Source of the DNA: Octopus vulgaris
Taxonomy: Eukaryota
Reading direction: 5' to 3'
DNA length: 64,000 nucleotides
NCBI GenBank assembly: GCA_951406725.2
Contig: OX597843.1
Span: 8,370,001 to 8,434,000, forward strand
The notes under the pieces were generated by a model, which did not search any database, was not told where the DNA came from, and saw only the letters and a program-made list of their open reading frames with translations. The position numbers were made by a program, and so were the translations under genes. Position 1 is the first letter of the stretch. Each line of letters begins with the position of its first letter. Shown piece by piece: positions 44,298-58,949 of this stretch.

Positions 44298-44863
44298 ACC
44301 CTCCCACTTTTCCTCTCTGTTTCGTTGTCCTCATACCTCCTCCTACACCCTTTAGTATGTATTCTTGTTTCACTTTCACTATATATATAGAGATAGATAA
44401 AAAAAAATGGATGAATGAAAGTATGTGTGTTTAGGAGTGTATGATGGTGTGAGTGAGTGAGTGTGTTTGAGGATGTGTATATATGCATGTAGGAGGTTAT
44501 GGGACTCTGTGGCTATATATTTGTGTACGTGTGTATATACATATGCATATAAATACGTCTATATTTACATATATATATATATGTGTGTGTGTGTGTGTAT
44601 GTCTGTGTTTGCGGGTGTTTGTAAATATACACATGTGTATGACCTTGTGTGCGCACTTGTATATAAATATACATATTTGGGTGTGCAAGTGGGTGTATAT
44701 AAATGTTTATATGTGTGTGTGAGAGCGTGTGTTTGAATGTATGTCTGTGCGTGAATATGTGCACATACACATGTAGGAATAGGCAGAAGCATAAAAATAT
44801 AAAGATAGATACATATATACATACACATATTTATATATATTTATATATACATGCATATATGTT

Positions 44864-44964
<101 letters not shown>

Positions 44965-45124
44965 TATATATATATAAGCATATATACATTTTTATATATG
45001 CACATATATTTGTATATGTACATGTTAAAATATATACGTATATATGTATGTACGCATATGCCTACACACACACACACATATATATGTATATATACACACA
45101 TTCATATATGAATGTATATGTATG

Positions 45125-45183
<59 letters not shown>

Positions 45184-45285
45184 ACACTCACACATAACTT
45201 ATGAACAATTACCTCTAGTCACGATAATCTTTGAGTGAATGCGTAGCAATCAAAAGTCAATGTCGAGGTGTACATACAGACACGA

Positions 45286-45375
<90 letters not shown>

Positions 45376-45464
45376 TCATGTATATGTATACCTTGACATT
45401 GACTTTTGATATATATATATATGTGTGTGTGTGTGTACACACACACGAGCGCATATATATATGT

Positions 45465-45501
<37 letters not shown>

Positions 45502-45538
45502 TGCATTGTATTTATATATGTTTATTTATAAAAGTGTG

Positions 45539-45594
<56 letters not shown>

Positions 45595-45840
45595 AATACA
45601 AGTGCGTGTGTTATGCGTGCCACACATATGCTCCATGCTGACACTCGTTCACGCGCACGCACATACACATGTGGAAGCACTTACAAATCCATATGTATGC
45701 ATGTATACATGCATTGATGTTTATGAGTATATCTGTCTCTACGTATGTGGATGTGTATGTATGCATGCGTGCATAGCTATATATGTATTGTATACGTCGT
45801 CACAAACATATTACATGCAGATATTTATACATGTTTGTAT

Positions 45841-45880
<40 letters not shown>

Positions 45881-45909
45881 GTATAAATATCATATACATA
45901 TATACATAC

Positions 45910-45967
<58 letters not shown>

Positions 45968-46807
45968 ATACAAATATATATGTGTGTGTGTCTTCAGTGA
46001 TTTTTTTTATTGAGAAAGAATAAACATCGACACCACCGCCATTATTACAAATGCAATCACCGACACTGCCATTATCATCATCCTCATCATCATCCTCATC
46101 ATCATCCTCATCATTATCATCATCATCATCATTTATCTTCATCGTCATCATCTTCATCATCATCGTCGTTGTCAGCATCGTCATCATCATCATCATCATC
46201 ATCATTATCATCATCATCATCATCATCACCATCATCATCCTCATCATCCTCATCATCATCATCCTCCTCCTCCTCCTCATCATCATCGTCATCACTATCT
46301 TTATCACGATCATTATCGTTAAAAACCACATTATCAGAAACACCACCACCACCACCACCGCCGCCACCACCACCACCGCCACCACCACCACCACCGCCGT
46401 CATCACCATCATCACCACCTCCAACACGAGCAGCAGTCTCGCTGTCATCCGCATCATCATCGTCATCAACCTCCATGCCGTCAGCAGCTCCTCCGCCGCC
46501 GCCGCCACCACCACGGCCATCACCACCTCCCCGAACTCCACTCCCTCCTCCTCCTCCTTCTACCCCCTTCCTTCTCCTCCACCTCCTCCTCCTCATCATC
46601 ATCATCGTCATCGTTGCCGGCGTCGGCGTCGGCGTAGACAGACTCATTATGGACGTTTAACTATAAAAGGTTGAGATTTGGTGTCACGTGATCAAGTGTT
46701 CGCGAAAACGAAATGTAATAGGCCCCGAGGACATATTTAGATAAAACACAAGAACATGTAAACATGGCCACGCAGAAGTATGTGCCAGAGAATTGTGCAT
46801 ACATACT

Positions 46808-47021
<214 letters not shown>

Positions 47022-47170
47022 TATATATATATCTTTAAATGCCTGTGTTTATATTTATATATATATATATATACACGTGTACACACACTGAGACAGACAC
47101 ATCTACATACAGACATACATTCCCTATACTTTCATACACAGATAGATATACGCATAAGTATACTTAAATT

Positions 47171-47206
<36 letters not shown>

Positions 47207-47216
47207 TAAATATATG

Positions 47217-47345
<129 letters not shown>

Positions 47346-47897
47346 TATGTATACATATATATCTATGTATGCATATATACATATATGTGTACAGAAACAC
47401 ATGCGTATGCATATATACATACATATTTGAATGCATATATGTTTACACAGAAACATACATGTATGCACATACACATGGATACATGCATAAAAAAATTGTT
47501 ACGTGTTTACACACACACATGTACAAACACGTAAATGCACGCATACATATACCCAGGCATATATATATATATATAGTTGTACATATGTACATAAATATAT
47601 ATGTATGTATGCATTATATATCTACATATGGTATAAACACACTCGTGTAGCATGAGTGAGTGTGTGTTTATGCGTGTAGATGACGATGCGTGCCTGTGTG
47701 TGTATGTGTACACGTGTGCACACGAATAAACACGCACGCGTAGAGAAGATATTACGTAGATAAGACGCACGTCTTGTACGGAAGCATGAAACAACACACG
47801 CATACACTCACATAGAAACAATGTTAAATATATACACACAAACACGCAATTTCGAATGTGCATGTCTGTACATATATACTGTATATATATATATGTG

Positions 47898-47969
<72 letters not shown>

Positions 47970-48170
47970 ATATACATATACATATACATATACATATATA
48001 TATATATATGTATATGTATATGTATATATATATGTATATGTATATAGATATATATATATATACATATACATACACATACATATATATATATATACATATA
48101 TATATGTATGTATGTGTGTATATATATATTCATATATAAACACGCATATATATAAGCATATATTCAAATA

Positions 48171-48203
<33 letters not shown>

Positions 48204-48220
48204 GTATGCATGTATGTATG

Positions 48221-48265
<45 letters not shown>

Positions 48266-48551
48266 GCATACGCATCTACACACTTAATTACACATATAAA
48301 TGTATAAAAGTTTTGAAATTGTTGCCACTTAGTTAAGTGTTAATCTAAATGGGGTATGTATATGTGACTGTGTGTGTGTGATTAAATATTTATGTATGTA
48401 TGTATATATATATATGTATGTGTATATATATATAAGTGGGGTGATTGACTGATATGAATGGGGAGAGGAGTGGGTGCGACGCATTACTGTACATAGCTAG
48501 AGGAGCTGAACGCAGAAAATAAAGAAAAATAATAATAACAACAACAACAGA

Positions 48552-48600
<49 letters not shown>

Positions 48601-48741
48601 GCAATAAAAATAATAATAATAATAATAATAGCAATAAAAATAATAATAACAACATCAATAATAATAATAATAACATGGAGTAGAATAATATATTAAGCAT
48701 GTATATATATATATGTATGTATGTATGTATATATATCTATA

Positions 48742-48784
<43 letters not shown>

Positions 48785-48879
48785 GTATGTATATATATGT
48801 ATATATATATATATATATATATAATCATGATACAGCACTTGCGCCTTTATGTAGATACATCTATGTATACGTATACACA

Positions 48880-48927
<48 letters not shown>

Positions 48928-50001
48928 CGTTCCCGCGTTTTGCTTTATACGTTTATTTTTATATCTATGTACGTGTACGCCTTATGTATATGTATGTATA
49001 TATACACACACACACACATGCACGCATACACACACAGACACCTGCACACACATATGTGTATATATATATGTGTGTGTGTGTGTGTGTGAGTATAAATGAA
49101 TAAAATAGAGCGAAAACTGAGGATTAGTGGCGTATCTCTGTTGTAGCGGAGGTGGGGTTGACATTGTGCCGAATGAAAACAAAATAAATAAAGTAAATAA
49201 AAAAAAAACAAATAAGAGAAAAATAAAATATTCCAATTGTAACAAAATGAATGCAAAATAATGGAAAAGAAATTTACAAATGTGAAGAATTTGAAATCGA
49301 AAGTGAAAGTAGTGATAAAAAATGGCCGTGTTTTGTGGAGTAAAAGAGGTGAAGCGGTGGATGGCCGGGGTATGATGGGAGTTGAAGGGAAACGAATGTT
49401 GATGGGGGAAGAAAGGGTGAAGCTTGAAAAAGAAGAAAAAAAAATATATCTATGAGGTTGAAGTGAAATGAGTTAAAGAGTCGAAGAATTAAGGGAAAGG
49501 AATTGAGATGAAGAGATGGAAAAAGTGATGTTGATAATGATGATAAGAAGAAGAAGAAATAATAAGGAATGATAATAATAATACTGATGATAATAGCAGT
49601 AAGAAGAAAAAATAAATGGGGGGGAAAAAACGTGAAATGATGATGATGATGATGATGAAGGGGAGGAGGAGGAGGAGGAGGAGGAGGAAGAGGGTGAAAA
49701 GAAATTATTACGAAAGAAATGAGGAGGAGGAGGAGAAGAAGAAGAAGAAGAAGAAGAAGAAGAAGGAGGAGGAGGAGGAGGAGGAGAAGAAGAAGAAGAA
49801 GAAGAAGAAGAAGAAGAAGAAGAAGAAGAAGGAGAAGTAGAAGAAGGAACAGAAGAAGAGGAGAAAAAGAAGGAGGAGGAGAAGAAGTAGAAGAAGATGA
49901 AGAAGAAGAAGAAGAAAGAGAAGAAGAAGAAGAAGAAGAAGAAGAAGAAGAAAGAGAAGAAGAAGAAGAAGAAGAAGAAGAAGAAGAAGAAGAAGAAGAA
50001 G

Positions 50002-50033
<32 letters not shown>

Positions 50034-50587
50034 GAAGAAGAAGAAGAAGAAGAAGAAGGAGAAGAAGAAGAAGAAGAAGAAGAAGAAGGAGAAGAAGAAG
50101 AAGAAGAAGAAGAAGAAGAAGAAGGAGGAGGAGGAAGAAGAAGAAGAAGAAGAAGAAGTAGAAGAAGGGGATGATGATGCTGATGATAGCTTTGTAAAAG
50201 AAAAATTTATTAAAATGTGCAGCAGTAAACGAAAGGAACATAAAAAGTTTTCTGGTTTGTTTTCGTTTTTTTTTTTTTTTAAAGTCTCTTGGAATAAGTA
50301 AAAAAAAAAAAAAAAACATTGGAAACTAAATCGAAAGAAAAATTTTGGAAACGGAAAATTCTTGTTAGAAGAGGAAAAAAAAATGAGAAAGACGTGAGAG
50401 AAATTGATTGAGGGAGAAGAGCATCACACACGCACGCTCACATACACACACACACACACACATACACATAGATGTATATATACATATATATGTATATATA
50501 CATACACAGAAATATATATATATACACACAAGCACATATGTATAATATATAAATATGTATATGTACACGAACATATATGTATGAGAT

Positions 50588-50639
<52 letters not shown>

Positions 50640-50724
50640 AGCATATATATGTATAATATATATATATATATATATATAAGCACATATATGTATACACACA
50701 CAAACTCATATATATACATGCACA

Positions 50725-50782
<58 letters not shown>

Positions 50783-50799
50783 TACTTGGATTTTATATA

Positions 50800-50968
50800 T
50801 TTTACTGCGGCCATGCTGGAGCACCGACCTGAAAGATTAACTTGATTGACGTCTACCCCTGTAGTTATATCTAAAGTGTTGTAGTTTTTTATGTGACTCT
50901 TGCGCCGGAACAGTTTTTCGGGGACGTAAACAAACGAACATCGTTATCGACCGTTGATCGAGAGCCAA

Positions 50969-51013
<45 letters not shown>

Positions 51014-51190
51014 ACCCATTTCATGTTTATACGAAGAAGTTTCACACAGTTTCCGTCTATCGAATTCCGTCAGACGACAATCGTTGTCCTGTTGCTAAAG
51101 TAGAAAACACTTGCGCAAGATAACGCCTGCTGAGATCGAACCCGAAACAACGTGGTTGCCAAGCGATCTTGTTACCCACACAACCATGTC
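50800..51190 (-). mobile_element. Old diverged S2-like SINE
   Basis: ACTGCGGCCATGCTGGAGCACCG...CAGTTTCCGTCTA...GATCGAACCCGAAAC. Confidence 0.7.
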
Positions 51191-51656
51191 TACCTCCATA
51201 CACTAGAAGACAACAAATTCACATGAGAGGCAGAGAGACAGAGAGAGAGAAGGAGAGATAAAAAGTGACAGAATGGGTCAGATAGAATAAAAAAGAATGA
51301 AAAACAAACAAATAAGAAAAGAGAGAAAAAAAAACAATGAAACAAAACGAAAAACGCATAAAGCTTAAAAGAAACAAAACAGCAGACATTTAAATTTTGT
51401 GTTTTTTTTTCTTATTTGAAATGAAAACGAGATTTTGATAAAGAAAACGTCGCTGTGTTTTTTTTATGAATTTCTCATAAAAGAAAATATCGTAATATCC
51501 GTTTGTATGTTAGCGTGTCTGTCTGTGTGTCTATTTGTGAATCTTTGTGTGTGTCTCTTGTTTGCTGCTCTCTCTCTCTCTCTCTCTGTCTCACATCAAG
51601 TCTCTCTGTTCCTTTTTCTTACAAAGAGGCCATCAACCCATCCACGTTGAACTGCT

Positions 51657-51708
<52 letters not shown>

Positions 51709-51710
<2 letters not shown>

Positions 51711-51858
51711 GGAGAGTTTACGATAAAAACAAAAGACGAAGACAGGTTGTGTCCAAAACAAACAGATGTATTAGTATAACGCTCAGGAATAGAAAAAGTC
51801 TTTTACGTTTCGAGCCTACGCTCTTCTACAGAAAGGGACACAGGAAAAACAAGGAGAG

Positions 51859-51892
<34 letters not shown>

Positions 51893-52087
51893 AGAGTTTA
51901 CGAAAAAAACAAAAGGCGAAGACAGGTGGTGTACAAAACAAACAGATGTATTAGTATAACGCTCAGAAATAGAAAAAGTCTTTACGTTTCGAGCCTACGC
52001 TCTTCTACAGAAAACGACACAGAAAAAACAAGGAGAGAAACGAGAGAGAAAAAAAATGTGTGTAGTGGCTAACGATCTATCATGGCG
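51709..52087 (-). mobile_element. Head-to-tail dimer of H1 elements (period 180 bp), each with a hammerhead-like motif
   Basis: GGAGAGTTTACG at 51711 and 51891; motifs at 51800-51835 and about 51978-52015; units separated by (TA)n. Confidence 0.85.
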
Positions 52088-52771
52088 ACCATATATATAT
52101 ATGGTATATAACAGTTATGTTTGGACCAAAGATTAACCCAGGCCATATCTAACTTAATAGTACCAAAGTCTCATGTATATATGTATAGTAAGAGAAGGCT
52201 TATGATATCGAAGCAGATACCGAATTTCTCTAAGTACAATGCCAGGGCTGGTTCCTTCAGATCGTACGTTTTATGATAATCCGCCTTTATCTCCCATCTA
52301 ATGTTACGGTTTATTTGTTGGCTACTTAGAACGTAAAATAAAATATTGATAAAGTTTGAATGTTCAAATTCTTCATTCTTCTTATTATCAATGTTGTACT
52401 ATATATATATTCTGGTGTTTTTGCTGAGATTTTTCTTGAGAACACATACTTTGTATTAAGGTGATCTGACGTCTATCTTTGGCATATTAGGAATCCACTT
52501 TAGTGGTCATTCTTATTATTATATATATATATGAGAATCTGTATGGGGTTTAAAAATGTACCTTAATCACAAAACGGGTAGAGGAGTTTGAATTTGTAAT
52601 GGATTTATTTAAATACCGAACCGGTTTCGTCAAGGCTTTGTTTTTCAATGGTAAAAAGTAAATAAATAAAGGGTTTTGGGGAATTTAGAGTTACAAGGTA
52701 AAATTCGAAAAAAAATATAAACGATAAAATGCTTAAATATTCTCAGAAATTTCAATGAATTTCACAGGGAT

Positions 52772-52901
52772 AGACTCACAAGGCTTTGGTCGGCCTGAGG
52801 CTATAGTAGAAGACACTTGCCCAAGGTGCCACGCTGTAGGAATGAACCCGGAACCATATGCTTCGTAAGCAAGCTATTTACCACACAGCCACTCCTGCGC
52901 C
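52772..52901 (-). mobile_element. SINE S2 5' part
   Basis: ACTCACAAGGCTTTGGTCGGCC...CCACACAGCCACTCCTGCGCC. Confidence 0.88.
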
Positions 52902-52914
52902 TATATCTTTAATT

Positions 52915-53230
52915 TAATTTAAATTCCTCCTCTAAGGAAAGAGCTGTTTTCTAGCAAAGATACAAAGCTCCAGCGTTGAATGTAGATAACAAAACTAGCG
53001 GACACATTTTAAACCTAAGAGTGTTCTTGTATGTTTTTATTGTTCCGCGTACAGATTATATTTGTATTGTGCAAGTTGGTTGGTTGCTTTTTTTTTTTTG
53101 TCCGAAATTCCCCAGTTTATTCAGATTGTCACAAAACCAGGTGTAACAATTAATATTGGTAAAAATATAAATTTGTAATCTTGATATAGAAGCTCGAGGT
53201 TTCGAAGCAGTTGTCCATAATTATCCTCTG
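52915..53230 (-). mobile_element. Decayed 3' end of an RLE-type (R4/NeSL/CRE-like) non-LTR retrotransposon
   Basis: - strand EDNYGQLLRNLELLYQDYKFIFLPILIVTPGFV resembles the Y..L...L..LY....F.P.I.G..G.V end of restriction-like endonuclease domains; SVRGTIKTYKNTLRF follows downstream after stops/frameshifts. Family assignment is from memory. Confidence 0.6.
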
Positions 53231-53624
53231 AGTGCGTATCTACGTATACATGTGTGAGTGTCCGTGTGAGTGTATGTGTGGGTATGTGTGTCCGTCCATG
53301 TGTGTGCCTGTGAGGCAGAGACAAACAGACAGACAGACAGACAATGCTAGAGATAGACGGTGAAACCGCGTTGATGAGTAAATGTATTATTTAAAACTTC
53401 AATGAAAACTTATAAAATTTAATTAGACAGTCTGATAATATTATAGATATAAAAACTTAAGAGTATTTAATCACACGTGTCTATATCTATGTACATATGT
53501 GAGTGTGAGTGTGTGTGTATGTAAATGTATATATATTTACATACACACATATTTATGTATATATATATATATAAATATTTATATACGCAAATATATTTAT
53601 ATATATATATCATTATATCAATAT

Positions 53625-53658
<34 letters not shown>

Positions 53659-53698
53659 TTATATATACACACATATATATATATATATACACACACAT

Positions 53699-53750
<52 letters not shown>

Positions 53751-54410
53751 ATATTTAAGATTGTGATTGCGACTTTTTTTCACACACATACACGTGCATA
53801 TATACATACGTATGTATACATACAAAGAAAAGTATATGTATACATCCATACATCCATACATACATGCATACATACATACATACATACATACATACATACA
53901 TACATACATACATACATACATACATACATACATACATACATACATACATACAGCCATCCATCCATCCATCCATACATACATACATACATACATACATACA
54001 TACATACATACATACATACATACATACATACATACATACACACACATACATACACACATACATACATACACACATACATACATACATATATACATACATA
54101 CATAAATACATACATGCATACATAAATACATACATACATACATACATACATACATACATACATACATACATAAATACATACATACATACATACATACATA
54201 CATACATACATACATACATACATACATACATACATACATGCATGCATACATACATACATACATACATGCATACATACATACATACATACATACATACATA
54301 ATACATACATACATACACACATATATACACACACATACATACATACATACATACATAAATACATACATACATAATACATACATACATACATACATACATA
54401 CATACATACA

Positions 54411-54444
<34 letters not shown>

Positions 54445-54668
54445 CATTCATACACACATACATATATAGAAATACAGTCTGATAGATGCAGTGCGTGTAT
54501 TTGCAAACAGTCATACAAGCATATATACAAATATACATACATCCACAGAAAATTCATTCGCACATACACACACTCCAACACATACACAAAAACAAATTCA
54601 CATATAGAAAATAAAGTCGTACATACACAACTACATTACCAAGAAATCTTGCATATGAACAAACAGTC

Positions 54669-54699
<31 letters not shown>

Positions 54700-55543
54700 A
54701 ATACGCGTATACAATAACATACAAACATATATACGCGAAATCTTTCCACACACATATATATATATATATGCATACATACCAATAAGCTTATAAAAACATA
54801 CGGCGTGTATTTGCATTCATTTATGTATACATACATAAGTGTACACATAAATACGTACACGCATGCGTACATAGACAATATGCCCCCAAGCAACCACGAT
54901 TTAATACAAAATGGCGGCGAGATATGATTACTCGCCATTATAGATTTATCATTACATATCAAATATTTTCACAGACGTCTGCCTCAATAACAAATAATAA
55001 CCCATATTAAACTCGAAGTTATATAAGACGATAGCAGGGATCAATAGCTACGACTTATTGATCCTGTGAAAGACTGTATATCGTTCGTTGTTGGGAGCAG
55101 ACGATAAGAAGATGTAGTGATGTCTGTTAAATTCGTTCGTTTCCTTTATATAGAGATTGAAGTAAAACGGTATATATTTCTCTCGCAGTTTTTCCCCGTC
55201 CCTTTTAATACAGTTCCTCGCCTGTAGCTGGTCTTTAGCGTTCTTGAAATTTGAATAAATTTCACACTTTTTCAGTCAATTAACGATGAAATACTGAGCC
55301 GAGTAATAAAACAAACCTAATGGATAAATAGCTGTGTTTCTCCATTTTCTTATATGTAATATAAATTAATGGTAAAATATTTCTTTACCTTCACCCATTT
55401 AATACAATAAGTAAGTTTATTGCATTGCAATTAAAAACACTTTTGTATTAATAATTTGGGTATTATACCAACAGTATATTCGATAAGTATTATCCCCTTA
55501 GTGGGTTGGATCCACAACCCCTAACTTACTTGATGTATATATG

Positions 55544-55612
<69 letters not shown>

Positions 55613-55694
55613 ATGAAAAGGAACACACGAGTTGATATATATGAAAAAATAAGTCAAAATAGAAAATGCTAAAATAACTTTATAAAGAACATTT

Positions 55695-55730
55695 CAGTAC
55701 CGGTTTCAGTCATTGAGACTTTTTCAACTG
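55695..55730 (-). ncRNA. Minimal type I hammerhead-like ribozyme with U3-A8 core
   Basis: - strand CAG-TTGAAAA-AGTC(TCAAT)GACT-GAAA-CCGG-TA-CTG; palindromic ACCGGT helix III; GUA site. Confidence 0.6.
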
Positions 55731-55936
55731 TAACGATTAAATAATTAAATTTAGAAAAATTAAAAGAACTGGTTTTTTTAAAGGAATATTTGTATAGTGT
55801 TCAAATATAAATGGCAATTTCCTTGTTTCTGCCTTTCTCTGTCTCTCTTGTTCACACTTGTGGGTTAGTGGTCCGTGTGTACCGTTGGCGATTTTTTTCC
55901 TCTGTCTTCCCTTCTCTGGATCTTTCCTTCTCCTAT

Positions 55937-55971
55937 GTTTCCGACGAAGAGCTCCGCTCGAAACGTTGAAC
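55937..55971 (+). ncRNA. Minimal type I hammerhead-like ribozyme (CCGACGA core) in element H2 (about 55830-56081)
   Basis: GTTT-CCGACGA-A-GAGC(TCC)GCTC-GAAA-CG-TT-GAAC; palindromic helix III; GUU site. Confidence 0.6.
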
Positions 55972-56081
55972 CCACTTTCTTTCCTTCTTTCCTGAGAGTC
56001 CAATAATACTATATTTGTTCCACATCCTCGCGTTGTTGTGTTTTCTCTTGTGCTTTCATGTTTGGATTGTTTGGATTAACT

Positions 56082-56112
<31 letters not shown>

Positions 56113-56221
56113 TATATATATTTTAGTAACATCCTTAAAGGTAAGACCCTTGGATCATGTACATACATACACACAAATGACTGGTAACAGAACTGGTGAA
56201 ACTCCTGAATGCAAAGTTTAA

Positions 56222-57237
56222 CTCTTTCGTGTTTAAACCGGCCATATCTGGCCCAGATATTCTGCATGTTTTATACTCAAACTGGCCATATATAGCCTCT
56301 CACACCTACCCTACAATATCGTTCTAAAAATAAACAATCACGTCATTGAAACCTCAAAGCTATGAATAATGCAGGATTAATTCAAAACAAGGCCAGATCC
56401 AGCCTCTCATACCTACCCTACAATGTCATTCTAAAAATAAACAATCACACCATTGAAATATCAAAGCTATGAGATTATGCATGATTAATTCAAATCAAGG
56501 CCAGATCCAGACTCACACACCTACCCTACAATGTCACACTAAAAATAAACAATCACACCATTGAAATATCAAAGCTATGAGATTATGCATGATTAATTCA
56601 AAACAAGGCCAGATCCTGCCTCTCACACCTACCCTATAATGTCATTCTAAAAATAAACAATCACATCATTGAAATATCAAAGCTATGAGATTATGCATGA
56701 TTAATTCAAAACAAGGCCAGATCCTGACTCTCACACCTATCCTACAATGTCATTCTAAAAATAAACAATCACATCATTGAAATCTCAAAGCTATGAGATA
56801 ATGCATGATTAATTCAAAACAAGGCCAGATCCAGCCTCTCACACCTACCCTACAATGTCATTCTAAAAATAAACAATCTCATCATTGAAATCTCAAAGCT
56901 ATGAGATAATGCATGATTAATTGAAAACAAGGCTAGATCCAGCCTCTCACACCTACCCTACAATGTCATTCTAAAAATAAACAATCACATCATTGAAATC
57001 TCAAAGCTATGAGATAATGCATGATTAATTCAAAACAAGGCTAGATCCAGCCTCTCACACCTACCCTACAATGTCATTCTAAAAATAAACAATCACATCA
57101 TTGAAATCTCAAAGCTATGAGATAATGCATGATTAATTGAAAACAAGGCCAGATCCAGCCTCTCACACCTACCCTACAATGTCATTCTAAAAATAAACAA
57201 TCACATCATTGAAACCTCAAAGCTTAACACTAAAGGG
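56222..57237 (+). mobile_element. piggyBac-like non-autonomous element with TTAA TSDs
   Basis: TTAA at 56218-56221 and 57238-57241; imperfect TIRs CTCTTTCGTGTTTA / TTAACACTAAAGGG. Confidence 0.7.
56284..57223. repeat. Tandem array of 108-bp units (8 full plus 1 partial)
   Basis: GGCCAGATCC-like unit starts at 56284, 56391, 56499, 56607, 56715, 56823, 56931, 57039, 57147. Confidence 0.97.
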
Positions 57238-57580
57238 TTAAGCTTATATTTATACGCATATACATAGACACACAAACACACACACATATACACAAACATA
57301 TATACAAGTATATGTAAACTAACATATGAATATATACATACACGTGCATAACTGTATGTGTGTGTGTTTATAAACATCTAAGCGCAATGTGATGCCATCA
57401 AGGAAAAATGCATTCATCACTGAACGTGACTAAGAGTGACAGGACACTTACATTGCTAGAAATAAGAGCTAAGTGCTCTTCAGGCTATAGGAAAAGCACA
57501 AAAATGTATACATGTATGTCGACAGGGGCTGCAATCACCCCAAACACCGACTCATATATAAATGCATATATATGCATATG

Positions 57581-57667
<87 letters not shown>

Positions 57668-57703
57668 GTATATGCATATATATATATATATATATGTATA
57701 TGC

Positions 57704-57762
<59 letters not shown>

Positions 57763-58039
57763 CTATATATATGTATATATGTATATATATAAGTATATAT
57801 ACACACACACACGCAATACAGTTGCCACGTCATATATGTGTGTATGTAGGCTTGTGAGCGATCTGCGTATATATGTGTATATGGCGTCTACGCATAGGAA
57901 TCGTTTCAAGAGACGCGTGTGTAGCTTTCGATGCGAGAGAGTTGATGTGTGTCTGCAAGTATGGCTGTTTGGTACGCGCACGGAGACAAAAACGCTTTCA
58001 TAGCCCCCGGGTGTAAGTCAGTAGACAATAAGAAGCAAT

Positions 58040-58092
<53 letters not shown>

Positions 58093-58135
58093 AATAATAA
58101 TGATAATAATAATACTAATAATAATAACAATAATA

Positions 58136-58256
<121 letters not shown>

Positions 58257-58690
58257 TAATAATAATATTAATTGTAATGATGATAGTGATGATGGTGATG
58301 TTATAACAATGATAGAAATAATATTAATAATTATGTAGATGATAATACGACTACTAATGATCACGTGAATAATAATAATGATAATGTTGATGATAATAAT
58401 AACAAAACAATAATAGTAGTAATAATAGCAATGATGATGGTCATCTTTATGATGATGATGATGATAATGATTATGATGATGATGATGACGTTGGTTCTTG
58501 GTTGATGATGTTGTAAACTTGATGTTGATATTGATGGTGGTGAATATTGTGAAGACGTGACGATGATGATTACGATGATGATGATGATGATGATGATGAA
58601 AATAATACAAATAGCATCTTTAACCATCATCATCACCATGGCTAACGACAACAATAACACTGATGATGACAATACTACTACTACTACTAC

Positions 58691-58741
<51 letters not shown>

Positions 58742-58815
58742 CAATAATAATAACAATAATAATAATGATAGTGATGATGGTGACGATGATGATGATAATA
58801 ATAATAATAATAATA

Positions 58816-58856
<41 letters not shown>

Positions 58857-58949
58857 AAAGAATAAAATAAATAGGTCTTGAAACACGATAATGGCGAACG
58901 TGAACAGAGAGCAGGGCTCACTGGAAAAATATCATTTCTACGACAACAT

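Noticed and set aside
46010-46660. Proline-rich formin/extensin-like exon
   Set aside because: CAT/CAC/CCT triplet mosaic open in several frames and both strands; no convincing splice sites or domain.
56284-57223. CRISPR array or coding repeat (108 is a multiple of 3)
   Set aside because: Units are contiguous with no unique spacers, no cas genes, eukaryotic context, and no ORF spans the array.
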